Source: Thermoproteus sp.
GTDB taxonomy: Archaea > Thermoproteota > Thermoprotei > Thermoproteales > Thermoproteaceae
DNA length: 64,000 nucleotides
Direction: 5' to 3'
Assembly (NCBI GenBank): GCA_049976425.1
Contig: JBMFIG010000004.1
Span: forward strand, 1-64,000
Below, piece after piece: positions 1 through 9,606 of this stretch (the first letter of the stretch is position 1; each line of letters opens with the position of its first letter). The notes under the pieces are model-generated. The model was not told the origin of the DNA, searched no databases, and worked only from the letters and a program-made list of their open reading frames with translations. A program made the position numbers and the translations under genes.

Positions 1-1
1 C

Positions 2-136
2 GCCGAGAGGTTCGTCGGGTCTCGGGCGTACCTCAAGGTGGTCGCCGTGGAGTTCGCCCCGAAGGACGCCGCCGAGCATCTGAGGAAGAGGGCCGAGGAG
101 GAGGGGGTATACCTAATATCGGGACGGGAGTATTAA
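2..136 (+). CDS. 3' end of a CDS entering the window (…AERFVGSRAYLKVVAVEFAPKDAAEHLRKRAEEEGVYLISGREY*), possibly a paREP/nuclease-like family protein
   Basis: Open frame with typical codon usage ending in TAA at 134-136; family is a guess. Confidence 0.55.
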   Translation, partial: AERFVGSRAYLKVVAVEFAPKDAAEHLRKRAEEEGVYLISGREY

Positions 137-341
137 AGGCCGAAGAGACGCGCCGGCCGCCGCGGCCTACGCCGCCTCTCCTCTGGATCAATATAAAGCG
201 AAAAACTCGGCATAATTTCGGCGCAGTTCTCCAGCGCCTCTTTATTTAATCTAAATTCTCTTAATATATACAAATTTTTCTCTCTGGATATTCTGAAATC
301 TATACAGAAAAACTTTATAAGGTAGAGATTCCGATAGGCCT

Positions 342-452
342 ATGTCGGGCAAGGTAACCTACGTCTCGGTCCTTGCCGACGAGTCCATCCACCCGGCGTA
401 CTACTACCTCCTCAACTTCGCGAGGGAGCAGGCGAGGACCGTCGTGTACTGA
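342..452 (+). pseudogene. Collapsed aldehyde dehydrogenase (P5C dehydrogenase-like) remnant, [36 protein letters not shown]
   Basis: ATG at 342 downstream of TTTATAA (314-320); first half resembles an ALDH N-terminus, second half an ALDH C-terminus (YYLLNFxREQxxTV). Confidence 0.45.
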
Positions 453-819
453 GGCGCCGGCCGAGAGGCTGAGGGACATGTACCTCTACGACCACGAGGT
501 CTTCGCGGCAGTCGCCTTGATAGCCGAAGTGAGGGACGTGGACCACGCCATAGCTCTCGCCAACGGGCGTAGGTACGGCCTCGACGCGGCGATATTCGGA
601 AACGACATCGTGAAGATCAGGAAGGCCATAAGGCTCCTCGAGGTGGGCAATATCTACGTCAACGACTACCCGAGACACGGCATCGGCTACTTCCCGTTCG
701 GCGGCAGGAAGGACTCCGGGATCGGGAGGGAGGGGATAGGGTACCCCATAGAGTACGTCACGGCCTACAAGACCGTGGTGTACAACTATAGGGGGAGAGG
801 CGTCTGGGAATATCTGTAG
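451..819 (+). pseudogene. gapN: C-terminal fragment of non-phosphorylating GAP dehydrogenase (GAPN)-like ALDH
   Basis: [57 protein letters not shown] match the GAPN C-terminus; about 380 N-terminal residues including the catalytic Cys are missing. Confidence 0.8.
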
Positions 820-826
820 TTTTTCC

Positions 827-2524
827 CTACCTGATCTCGAAGTCCCTGTAGGCGCCTTCTGCGGGCTCCCACGCCAGCTCGGCCACCCTGCAGTTGAAGC
901 GGGCGCAGAGCTCCTGCAGGAGCTTCTCCACCCTGTCCCTATCCCCCTCCACCACCAGCTCGACTCTGCCGTCGGGCAGATTGGCGGCGTAGCCCGTCAG
1001 GCCCAGCGCCCTCGCCTTAGCCCTAGCCGTCGGCCTGAACCCGACCCCCTGCACGTCGCCCTCGAGGTAGGCCCTCGCCCTGACGGCCTTCCCGGCGAGG
1101 CCTCCCAACACCTGCGCGGCGCCGACTAGCTTCTCCTTGAGCTTCTCGCTGGAGATGTACGCCAGCGCCTCCCTGGGCACCGCCAGCCTGCCCTCGCCCT
1201 TGCCCAAGACCCTCCCCACGACGGCGGGCCTCAGCCTAGGTATCTTTGACAGCTCGTCGAGCACCTCGTCGGCGAGCTTTTTGTGGAGGAATACGGCAAT
1301 GGCGCCGTTGGTCCCAGCCGTGGCGTCCGGCATTATGAAGTTCTCCGCGGCGAATCTGGACACGGACGGGCCGAGGAGCGGCACGTCCCACAGCTCCACG
1401 TCGACGCCGGCCCGCTCGGCGACTTCCTTGAACACGAAGACGCCTGGCCCCGATATGTCTATGGTGACCGCTATGTGGGCCTCGGGGTCGAACCTCTCGC
1501 CTAGGTCGGGCAGGTGGTCGTATATGACCCTCGCCACGTCCGCGTTGGGGGCCGCCATGAGCTCGAGAACCCTCCTCTTCTCCTTCTCGAACTGGTCCAG
1601 CGGCATGACTGACTTCTCGAAGGCCTTGAGGAGCTCCTCGTCGGTATTCACGGCCACGTAGGTGGTGAAGTAGGCGAGCTCGCCGAAGGGCCTGGTCACA
1701 AGCACCACGAAGCCCTCCCCCAGCTGGCTGTAGTAGGTGGGGGGCTCTCTGTCGAGGCGGCCGTAGGCAGTGGCCCCCAAGAGCAGATAGCCTCTGCCCG
1801 GCTGCGGGGCCTCGACGAGCTTGCCCAAGGAGGCCGCGTAGGACTCCACCGCGGCCTTGACCCCGGCGCGGTAGGGCTCGGGGGCGTCGTAGACGGGCGC
1901 TATCTCCACGTCCTTGTAGACCCCCTTGACGTACAGGTCGTTGAGGGCGTTGTTGACGGCGACGGCCGCTTGTAGGGGCGAGTCGAAGTCCTCGGAGGGG
2001 TCTATGACCTGTATGGTGTCGTTGTTCGCCAGGACGTAGCCCTCGCCCGGCTCCGCCTTGAGGAAATCCACCATGAAGAACTCGGCGCCTTTCTTGGTGC
2101 TGACTATGGAATGGCCCTTGCCCAGCCAGACCCTGTGCCGCGAGGAGCCGAGGGCCTTGTACAGCCTCGCGGCGTATTCGGCGAATTTGGAGGGGGTGGC
2201 GGCCTTGGCCATGTAGAGCTGGACCAAAACCACGGCGAGGTCCGGCGCGTAGGACTCGAGGAAGGCGGGGTCTATGTGGGGATCCTCGGGGTCTAGGTAC
2301 AGCCTCCTCAGCTCCGCGCCTGCCCCCCTCATTATCGCGGCGTCCTCCCTAGGCGCTATGACCAAGTTGAGCCTCCTCACGTCGTCTCTCAGAAGCTCCA
2401 GCGCGGGGTACAACACGTCGTAGAGATCCACCTTGACGGAGCACCCCAGCGATAGGGACTCCAGCGCTATCCCCGCCTCCCGGTAGAGCCGCACCCGCTC
2501 TCTGAACTTCTCGCGGGGGTTCAT
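827..2524 (-). CDS. SelD-like (selenophosphate synthetase-related) protein fused to a C-terminal acylphosphatase domain
   Basis: SLGCSVKV, NNALNDL and DISGPG motifs; C-terminal GDVQGVGFR…GYAANLPDGRVE acylphosphatase signature. Confidence 0.85.
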   Translation of the reverse strand: MNPREKFRERVRLYREAGIALESLSLGCSVKVDLYDVLYPALELLRDDVRRLNLVIAPREDAAIMRGAGAELRRLYLDPEDPHIDPAFLESYAPDLAVVLVQLYMAKAATPSKFAEYAARLYKALGSSRHRVWLGKGHSIVSTKKGAEFFMVDFLKAEPGEGYVLANNDTIQVIDPSEDFDSPLQAAVAVNNALNDLYVKGVYKDVEIAPVYDAPEPYRAGVKAAVESYAASLGKLVEAPQPGRGYLLLGATAYGRLDREPPTYYSQLGEGFVVLVTRPFGELAYFTTYVAVNTDEELLKAFEKSVMPLDQFEKEKRRVLELMAAPNADVARVIYDHLPDLGERFDPEAHIAVTIDISGPGVFVFKEVAERAGVDVELWDVPLLGPSVSRFAAENFIMPDATAGTNGAIAVFLHKKLADEVLDELSKIPRLRPAVVGRVLGKGEGRLAVPREALAYISSEKLKEKLVGAAQVLGGLAGKAVRARAYLEGDVQGVGFRPTARAKARALGLTGYAANLPDGRVELVVEGDRDRVEKLLQELCARFNCRVAELAWEPAEGAYRDFEIR

Positions 2525-2757
2525 CTCCTCCTTATGACTATCCTCCAGAGGCCTTCGCCGACCTGCTCCACGCCGACGACCTCGTGCCCCTCCCTCCTCG
2601 CTATGGCCGGGACGTTCTGGACAGACGGCGGGTTGTCGGTCAGCACCTCCAGCACCTCGCCGGGCTCCATGGACCGCAGTGCCTTGAGCGCGGCCAGCTG
2701 GGGGTAGGGGCAGACGTAGCCTCTGAGGTCCAACACCCTCCTCTTGACGAGCTCCAT
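2521..2757 (-). CDS. tusA: TusA/SirA-family sulfur carrier
   Basis: LDLRGYVCPYP motif; start moved to ATG 2757; 4-nt overlap with the SelD-like gene. Confidence 0.9.
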   Translation of the reverse strand: MELVKRRVLDLRGYVCPYPQLAALKALRSMEPGEVLEVLTDNPPSVQNVPAIARREGHEVVGVEQVGEGLWRIVIRRR

Positions 2758-2807
2758 GTCCCGGATCCCGACCGGGGCCCTTAAACCCCGCGGAGAGTGC
2801 AATTATT

Positions 2808-3812
2808 TCACTCCTCGGCGACGGCGAGCCCCGATCTGTAGAGGAGGTCTACGAGATGTTCGTGGACCGGCCTCTGCCTCTCGGGGTAGAACACCTTGGC
2901 CCCCTCCTCGTACAGGAAGACGAACATGTCCCGCCGCCTCCTCAAGCCGGAGGATGGGGGACTGCCCCAGATGACGAAGACCTTGTTGACTCTGCCCCCT
3001 CTCGAGACAAATGTGGGGACCGCTATCCAGGGACAGATGTAGACCTCGGCGCTGCCCTCGGCCGTCCCGTCCATGGAGAGGTACGCCAGCCCGCAACGGG
3101 ACCTCTCGTCGAACTCGTACTCGCCGTGTAGGCCGAGCATCGACGCCAAGCGCCTCGCCCTCCTCTCCTTAAGCGAGAGCAGGGCCTCTAGGACTTGGTC
3201 CGGATAGGTCGCCGGGTTCACCACGAGGCCGTGCTCGGGGTCGTACGCGGCCAGCCTCCCCATCATGAGCCTAGACCGCGGCTTGGGTCCGTAGACCTCC
3301 TCGTAGAGCTCCCAGTCGGCGTCGCCGGCGGCTTCGCCCTCTATCAAGGCCAGCGAGCTCTCGCCCAGCGCCGACAGCTCCCCCACGACGTCCACCTCCA
3401 CGGCCGGCCCGGACGCCATGTAGCGGCTCAAGAGGCCGGCCAGGTAGGGAGGCGCGGCGACGACGTCGTCGGAGAAGTGCATGGCGAGCCCCCAGCGTAT
3501 CAGCCTCTCCAAGGCCTCCGGCAGCCCCAACAGGTCGAGCCCTATCCTCAACTGCCCCTCGACGGCCAAGCTCCTGGCGTATTTGGCGTAGATCGCGGCG
3601 ATCCTCTCGTCGTCTACCCTCGACGAGACGAGGGCGGCGAGCTCCCCCGCCTTGGCCTCGGCCGCCTTCACGTCGTCCTCCCCGGCCCCCTCCGCGGCCT
3701 CCAGGAGAGCCCTCCATCGGGAGCCGTACCGAGCCTCGAAATCGGCCTCGAGGACCTCCTCGGAGCCTTGGAAAACCGCTCTCTGGAACCTCGCCTCAAG
3801 GATCTCTGCCAC
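2808..3812 (-). CDS. Hypothetical protein
   Basis: 334-aa ORF with genome-typical composition. Confidence 0.75.
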   Translation of the reverse strand: MAEILEARFQRAVFQGSEEVLEADFEARYGSRWRALLEAAEGAGEDDVKAAEAKAGELAALVSSRVDDERIAAIYAKYARSLAVEGQLRIGLDLLGLPEALERLIRWGLAMHFSDDVVAAPPYLAGLLSRYMASGPAVEVDVVGELSALGESSLALIEGEAAGDADWELYEEVYGPKPRSRLMMGRLAAYDPEHGLVVNPATYPDQVLEALLSLKERRARRLASMLGLHGEYEFDERSRCGLAYLSMDGTAEGSAEVYICPWIAVPTFVSRGGRVNKVFVIWGSPPSSGLRRRRDMFVFLYEEGAKVFYPERQRPVHEHLVDLLYRSGLAVAEE

Positions 3813-3848
3813 TATACCGCCTTATCCGCGGTATTTTACCTTTGCCCC

Positions 3849-4478
3849 CTAGAACAACGAGTCGTAGGCCTTTAGGGCTATGAGCATATGCCCCTTCCTA
3901 GTCGGGTGTACGGCGTCGGGGGCGAGCTCCTCCGCCGGCACGTGCTCCAGCAACCTCTGGAACTCGGCGTGCAGATCCACGTAGAGAGTCGAGTACTCGG
4001 CGCTGAGCCGCTCCACGGCCTCCACGTAGTGGGGTACGACCTCGAGCACCTTCTTGCGGAAGGTGTCCATCGACTGCGGCCGCGCGACGTAGAAGGGGGC
4101 CATCAAAAGGAGGACGGCGTCGAGGCGCCTCGTCGTGGCCTCCAGGATCTCCCTATAAGTCTCGTAGAAGCCGTCCGGCGAGAGCCCTTGGTCGCCGCCC
4201 AGATATCTGTGGAGGTCGTTTATGCCTATGAGCACCGACACCGCCTGGGGCCCGAGCGCCAGCACGTCGTCCTCCCACCTCTCCTTCAGATCGCGGACGG
4301 TGTTGCCGCTGACGCCCTTGTTGACCACGTTGAGCCTCAGCTCGGGCCTCCTCACGTCGACGAGGTCCTTGAAGAGCGCCACGTAGCCGTTGCCCAAAGG
4401 CGGCGCCGCGTCTCTCCTGCCGGAATCGGTTATGCTATCCCCTATAAACACCACCGTGCTGTCCCTGCCCAGCCCCAT
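3849..4478 (-). CDS. SGNH/GDSL-family hydrolase
   Basis: FIGDSITD, NKGVSG, GIND and DAVHP blocks; start moved to ATG 4478. Confidence 0.9.
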   Translation of the reverse strand: MGLGRDSTVVFIGDSITDSGRRDAAPPLGNGYVALFKDLVDVRRPELRLNVVNKGVSGNTVRDLKERWEDDVLALGPQAVSVLIGINDLHRYLGGDQGLSPDGFYETYREILEATTRRLDAVLLLMAPFYVARPQSMDTFRKKVLEVVPHYVEAVERLSAEYSTLYVDLHAEFQRLLEHVPAEELAPDAVHPTRKGHMLIALKAYDSLF

Positions 4479-4587
4479 AGCCGCGGCCTCGCCCCTACTT
4501 AAAACGGTTGCAGTGCATCGAAAGTTTCTGCCACCTCCCCTCCGGCCGCATAAGGAAGCCCTATATATTTGCTGTAGCCAATATGGC

Positions 4588-5877
4588 GTGGACCACTTCT
4601 TCGACCTGTTCGTCCAGGAGGCCAGGGGGAGGATCGCCAAGTACGTGGAGCACAAGAGGTCCGAGCCCTCCCTGGACTTCCTCCTATCCCGCATACCCGT
4701 CGAGAGGGCGCCGGAGGCCGAGGCCGATCTCCCCGCGGTCGCCGTGGACGGCGGGATAGGGGTGGTGGAGCTTGACAACGGCCACAAGATACTCCTGGCG
4801 AGAGCCGCCGCCGTGGGGAGGGGCGTGCTGAAGCGCGAGTTCCTGGCCGACGTCCTCACGGTCGACTCGTCGGCGGTTTCCTGGGCCTATCTCATAATGG
4901 CCGAGGCCCTCGCCGCCGCGGCGGCCGTGGAGGAGGGCGGCTTCGACTACCTCCTCATGGACGGCTCGCTCTACGCCAAGGCGATAATGCTCGTCCACAA
5001 CTTGATACTGACTAGGGAGTTCCAGTCCATCTTCTACGTGCCGGAGATGATCGCGGCTCTCTACGCCCTCGCGCACCTCCTCGTGAGGGCGGAGGAGGCG
5101 GGGATCAAGACGGTCTTCGTCTCGAAGGACAGCCGGTTCAAGGTGCTTAAGGAATACGCCGCGTTCGAGGCGTTGCGGGGGCGGCTGGACGACTACATAG
5201 TGGAGAGGGGGCTGGCGTGGTACTCGGTCATGTGGCTCAGGAGGTTCAGAAAGGCCATCTTCTCCGCCTACCAGAAGCTCAGAGGAGACCGGGAGGCCCA
5301 AGCCGCCCTCGACGCCCTCTTCAGGCAGTCTGTGGCGGACCCGGTCGTGTTGTGGCGCATGGAGGCCCGCGGCTACACGACCCCCATGCTCCTCGGCGCG
5401 TGCGACGCCTATATGAACTACAAGGGGCTGACGTCGGTGTCGAGGCTGCTCGACGCCGTTGAGGACAGGGTGGAGGACGCCTTGGCCTTCAGAGGGGAGA
5501 GGCCCGGCTCGGCCTCGGAGTACCTCGAAAAGGCCCGGAAAGCCCTGTCGACCCTGCCCAAGATACTCATGTTCTACCTAAAGCCGGCCCAAGGCTCCGA
5601 GCCCCTCCTGGTCGAGACCCCGTTGCCCAACAGCAGGATGTTCGACGGGGCGCCTGTGAAGGCGTTCTACCCACAAGCCTCGGTCGACGACGTGGTGTCG
5701 CTTCTCCTGGCCCAGTACAGAGACGAGGCGCACTACAACTACTGGCTCTGGTACGCCCACGAGGTCGCCTCCTTCAAGTCGGGGCAGCTGGCCGAATACG
5801 CCGTGTATATAAAACAGATGTTGAGAGGCGCCGGCGTGTCCACGGCCAGGAGGGTCAAGATGGCCATGGGTCTGTGA
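4588..5877 (+). CDS. NurA-domain nuclease paralogue
   Basis: AVDGG, LLMDGSL, VFVSKDS and terminal AHE motifs; GTG 4588 lies about 26 nt after CTATATA. Confidence 0.75.
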   Translation: MDHFFDLFVQEARGRIAKYVEHKRSEPSLDFLLSRIPVERAPEAEADLPAVAVDGGIGVVELDNGHKILLARAAAVGRGVLKREFLADVLTVDSSAVSWAYLIMAEALAAAAAVEEGGFDYLLMDGSLYAKAIMLVHNLILTREFQSIFYVPEMIAALYALAHLLVRAEEAGIKTVFVSKDSRFKVLKEYAAFEALRGRLDDYIVERGLAWYSVMWLRRFRKAIFSAYQKLRGDREAQAALDALFRQSVADPVVLWRMEARGYTTPMLLGACDAYMNYKGLTSVSRLLDAVEDRVEDALAFRGERPGSASEYLEKARKALSTLPKILMFYLKPAQGSEPLLVETPLPNSRMFDGAPVKAFYPQASVDDVVSLLLAQYRDEAHYNYWLWYAHEVASFKSGQLAEYAVYIKQMLRGAGVSTARRVKMAMGL

Positions 5878-6696
5878 TCAGTAGACGCTGAGCTCCACGC
5901 TCAGCCACTCCTTGAACTCCCTATAGAGGGAGTCCAGCTCCTTCCTGGCGTCCTTGTCCTTGACGTACTCCATGGCGGGCACTCTGGTGTAGGCGACTCT
6001 GTTGGCGACCGCGGTCTGGAACCTGGGGAGGTTGAGGGTGCGCTCCACTATCTTGTACGCCTCCCTCCCCTCCTTCGTCCTCACGTCCACCTTGTTTATG
6101 AGAACCCTCGCCTTGATGTCCACGGCGGCCTCGGCGACCTCGGCCAGCTTGCCGTACATCCTCCTGACCCGGGCCGGCTCCGAGCCGTAGGGGTGTGTCA
6201 CCACCACGATCTTGTCGGCGGTGTAGGCAGCCGTGAGGGTATAACGCCGCTCGTAGAAGGGGAGAGTATCCAGCAGAACCACGCCCCACCTGCCGGCGCC
6301 GGACCTCTCCAGGAAGTCCTTGACGATCCTCTCGGGGCTCGGCCTACTGCCGGAGAACCACGCTATTCCCATGGCGTCGCTGAGGGAGTCCCCGCCGGGC
6401 ACGAGCCCCGCCCTATACCTCCCCACGTTCACGGCCACGACGTAGTCTGCGAGGTCGACCTCCTGCCCCTTCATGAACCTAAGCAAGGCGTCCCCCACGG
6501 TCCTCCCCTCGGCCTCCAGCTCGCCGACCCCGCCGTCGCCCAGCAAGGCGGCGCTCAGACCGGCGCTGGGGTCCAGATCGACCAGAAGCACGTCGATCCC
6601 CTCCTCGAGGAACTTGTGGGCCAGATGCAGGGCCATCGTCGTCTTGCCTACTCCCCCGCTCGCGGAGAGAAAGGCTATCGTCGTCACTACAGACAA
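5878..6696 (-). CDS. ParA/MinD-family ATPase
   Basis: SASGGVGKTT Walker A, VDLDPSA, LLDT and INK motifs. Confidence 0.85.
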   Translation of the reverse strand: MSVVTTIAFLSASGGVGKTTMALHLAHKFLEEGIDVLLVDLDPSAGLSAALLGDGGVGELEAEGRTVGDALLRFMKGQEVDLADYVVAVNVGRYRAGLVPGGDSLSDAMGIAWFSGSRPSPERIVKDFLERSGAGRWGVVLLDTLPFYERRYTLTAAYTADKIVVVTHPYGSEPARVRRMYGKLAEVAEAAVDIKARVLINKVDVRTKEGREAYKIVERTLNLPRFQTAVANRVAYTRVPAMEYVKDKDARKELDSLYREFKEWLSVELSVY

Positions 6697-6875
6697 CTGC
6701 CGTGAATATTTAACGGTATTCCACTGTCCGCGGCGCCTCCCCCAGCCGCTCCGAGCCCGCGCCTCCCCACGCCATCAGCCTCCGTCGGCAGGCGATAGCC
6801 CACGGCACGTTCAGCCGCGACGAAGCCGTCACCGCACGAGCCAAAAGTTTTTTAATAAGGCGGCTGGTTTAGTCA

Positions 6876-7061
6876 GTGGGTCTGGATTGGGGTAGGCTTG
6901 AGGAGGTTGTGGAGAGGGCTGTTAGGAGGGCTAGGTCGGAGGAGCTTAGGGAGATGGCCGACGCGGTGAAGGCCCTCGCCGAGTATATGAAGACCGGCTT
7001 TAGGAGGTTGCCAGACAACTCGCCGAACAAGGCAAGAGGCTGGAGGCGCACGAGAAGCTGA
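6876..7061 (+). pseudogene. Truncated paREP-like coiled-coil gene fragment
   Basis: LEEVVERAVRRARSEELREMADAVKALAEYMKTGF resembles N-termini of Thermoproteales coiled-coil repeat families, then degenerates. Confidence 0.45.
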
Positions 7062-7102
7062 ATACTGGCCGACGCGCGGGCGGCAACTCGGAGGGCCGAC
7101 CT

Positions 7103-7447
7103 TCAAACTAGGAGGTGGCCGACCTTCTCTATCCTCCCAGTCTTGGGATCCACGACGTATCCCAGCCTCTCGAGTGCCTGTGCCCCCACCAACACATCCA
7201 GCGGTAGCTCGTCGACGATCTCCACGAAGGCCTCCGTCTCCTCCCCGCCTATCTTCACGACGCCGACTGCGACCTCTACCCTTATGGCTTTCCCGTCGGC
7301 GAGGATCCTCTCCTTGATCCTAGACGGCTTAAGTCCGGCCTCCTCAGCGACTTTCCGGGACACGGCCACCTCTCCGTTGAAGCCCGTGTTTATCAACGCC
7401 CTGTATTTCCTGCCCCCTATCTCCACCTCGACGAATGCGATGCCCAT
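7103..7447 (-). CDS. Clan AA (retropepsin-like) aspartic protease homologue with NTG instead of DTG
   Basis: ALINTGFNG and VLVGAQALERLG motifs. Confidence 0.75.
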   Translation of the reverse strand: MGIAFVEVEIGGRKYRALINTGFNGEVAVSRKVAEEAGLKPSRIKERILADGKAIRVEVAVGVVKIGGEETEAFVEIVDELPLDVLVGAQALERLGYVVDPKTGRIEKVGHLLV

Positions 7448-7955
7448 ATACTTAACAGCGCCTTAAAAATTATCGGTCCCATGCCCCATCCGCCGAGCCC
7501 AGCCGGCGGACGTATGGATCTCCTCGATAACGTCTGGAATCTGCAAGCCCCCTCCCTCAAGCTCCCCGTATGCTGGCGGGAGCCCAGCGCCTCCGCGCTC
7601 GCCGACACGCCCTCCGCCCTTCCCACGTCCGCTAAGCCGCATCGGCGGGCTATTCCGAAGGCCGCCCCCTCGACATCCCCGGTAGCTCCTTATTCGGAGC
7701 TCGTCGACGCACCGGCTAGGTAGGCCTCCTCAGATCGGCGTGTATCTGTGGGGCTTAGAGGACTCCGTACAGCTCGAATGCGTTGCAAATACGCCGAACC
7801 GCGCACTATCGGCCAAGCGCTACGCAGACTCCCGGCAGTTGCCCGGACCTGCGGGCAGAGATCGATAGCTTGCCCCAGCGTACTTCGGCTCCTCTATGCC
7901 GCCGTAGGCTGTCACGCCATTCCAGCGCGTTGAGATACGCTGTACTCTATGGGGG

Positions 7956-8738
7956 TTATTCCTTGTAGAACTCCCTTGTGGGGAACCGGGCCGCCTTCAC
8001 CTCCTCTACGTACTGCCTCACAGCGTCGCGTATGGCCGCGGCCACGTCGGCGTATTTCTTAGCGAACGAGGGAGGCCTCTCCGACAGCCCCACGACGTCG
8101 TGTAGGACCAGTATCTGGCCGTCGCAGTGGGGGCCGGCCCCTATACATATCGTCGGTATGTCCACAGAGTCCGTGACCTCCTTGGCCAGAGAGGCTGGGA
8201 CGAACTCTATGACGAGGGCGAAGGCGCCGGCGTCTCGCAGAGCCTTCGCGTCTTCCAGGACCTTACGCCTCTGCTCCTCCGTCTTCCCGACCAGCTTGAA
8301 TCCGCCCAGCGCGAGGACCCTCTGGGGGTTTAGGCCTATATGCCCCATTACCGGCACGCCGGCCTTCACAAGCCTCTCCACCACGTGGGCATACTCGGCG
8401 CCTCCCTCGAGCTTCACGGCGTCTGCCCCGGCTCTTATCAGCCTCGCCGCGTTCCTCAAGGCGTCTCTCGGCCCGGTTTCGTATGTCATGAACGGCATGT
8501 CGGCCACCACCAAGGCCCTGGGCCTTGCTCTGGCCACCGCCTGCGTGTGTCTGACCATATCCGCCAAGGTGACGCCCAACGTGTTGGGCAACCCCAGGAC
8601 GACCATTCCGAGGGAGTCGCCCACCAAGATCCCGTCGACGCCGGCCTCGTCCACCAGCTTGGCGGTGGGGTAGTCGTACGCCGTTATCCAGACGTACGGC
8701 CCGCCGCCCTTCGTGAAGTCCGAGATCCGCCTCCTCAC
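7956..8738 (-). CDS. panB: Ketopantoate hydroxymethyltransferase
   Basis: ITAYDY, ILVGDSLGM, VKLEGG, GHIGLNPQ and DGQILV motifs. Confidence 0.97.
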   Translation of the reverse strand: MRRRISDFTKGGGPYVWITAYDYPTAKLVDEAGVDGILVGDSLGMVVLGLPNTLGVTLADMVRHTQAVARARPRALVVADMPFMTYETGPRDALRNAARLIRAGADAVKLEGGAEYAHVVERLVKAGVPVMGHIGLNPQRVLALGGFKLVGKTEEQRRKVLEDAKALRDAGAFALVIEFVPASLAKEVTDSVDIPTICIGAGPHCDGQILVLHDVVGLSERPPSFAKKYADVAAAIRDAVRQYVEEVKAARFPTREFYKE

Positions 8739-8769
8739 ATAATATTATACCCCCAGGTTTATATCGTTC

Positions 8770-9606
8770 GTGTTCCGCATCGTCGGGCTCGGCGCCGTGG
8801 GGTCGCTGTTCGCCTACTTCCTCAACCGCGCCGGCTACACGCCCGGCGTAGTACAGAGGCGCGCTTGCGACGAGTACCTCTTCTGCGCCGATGGCGCGTG
8901 TGAGAGGTTGAGGTTCGCCGCGGCTGGGGCGGAGGGGGCGAAGTACACCGTGGTTGCGGTCAAGGCGTACGACTCGCTCTCGGCTATCCCGTACCTACGG
9001 GGGACCGCCGTCGTGGCGCAGAACGGCATTGGGGGATACGAGGCGATTAGGGAGGTGTACCCCTCCAGCGTGGCCGCCGTGGTGACCTACGGCGTTTACA
9101 GGGAGGGGTGCAGGTCTGAGCTCAGAGGGCGCGGCGAGATCTACCTGCCGCGCGCCGTCTCAGACTTCGCCGATGTTCTTGAGAGGGGCGGGGCGAGGGC
9201 CGTGGTTGTCGACGACGTGGAGCCGTACCGTTGGCTGAAGCTCGCGGTGAACGCGGCCATTAACGCGATAACCGCCTTGTTGCAGGCGCCCAACGGCGTG
9301 ATCGTCTCGGTGGACCGCGCGCGGGATCTGGCGCGCGCCGTCGTCGCCGAGGTCGCCAGAGTTGCCGAGGCCGCCGGGGTGAGGATGCCTGCGGATCCCT
9401 TCGAGGAGGTCCTCCGCGTAGCCTCGGCCACCGCTGAGAATGTCTCCTCCACGGCGCGCGACTTGGCCCGATGCGCCAGGACGGAGGTCGACTTCATAAA
9501 CGGCGCCGTTGTTAAATACGGCGAGAGGCTCGGCGTGGGTACGCCCGTGAACGCGGCGCTGTACAGCCTAATTAAGGCCAAGGAATCCCTCTGCGGCCGT
9601 GGGTAG
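8770..9606 (+). CDS. panE: Ketopantoate reductase
   Basis: GLGAVG, VKAYD, QNG, WLKLAVNAAIN and TEVDFING motifs. Confidence 0.93.
   Translation: MFRIVGLGAVGSLFAYFLNRAGYTPGVVQRRACDEYLFCADGACERLRFAAAGAEGAKYTVVAVKAYDSLSAIPYLRGTAVVAQNGIGGYEAIREVYPSSVAAVVTYGVYREGCRSELRGRGEIYLPRAVSDFADVLERGGARAVVVDDVEPYRWLKLAVNAAINAITALLQAPNGVIVSVDRARDLARAVVAEVARVAEAAGVRMPADPFEEVLRVASATAENVSSTARDLARCARTEVDFINGAVVKYGERLGVGTPVNAALYSLIKAKESLCGRG

Noticed and set aside
4583-4590. Out-of-frame ATG 5 nt before the nurA-like GTG
   Set aside because: No NNG-GGG sensor cassette nearby, and the GTG lies at the normal distance from the TATA box
7514-7545. LLDNVWN peptide resembling the thermopsin FLDNVWN motif
   Set aside because: Too short and no flanking similarity
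8736-8740. ATGTG overlap at the panB start
   Set aside because: The ATG is followed at once by TGA with no slippery site; the GTG is an adequate start
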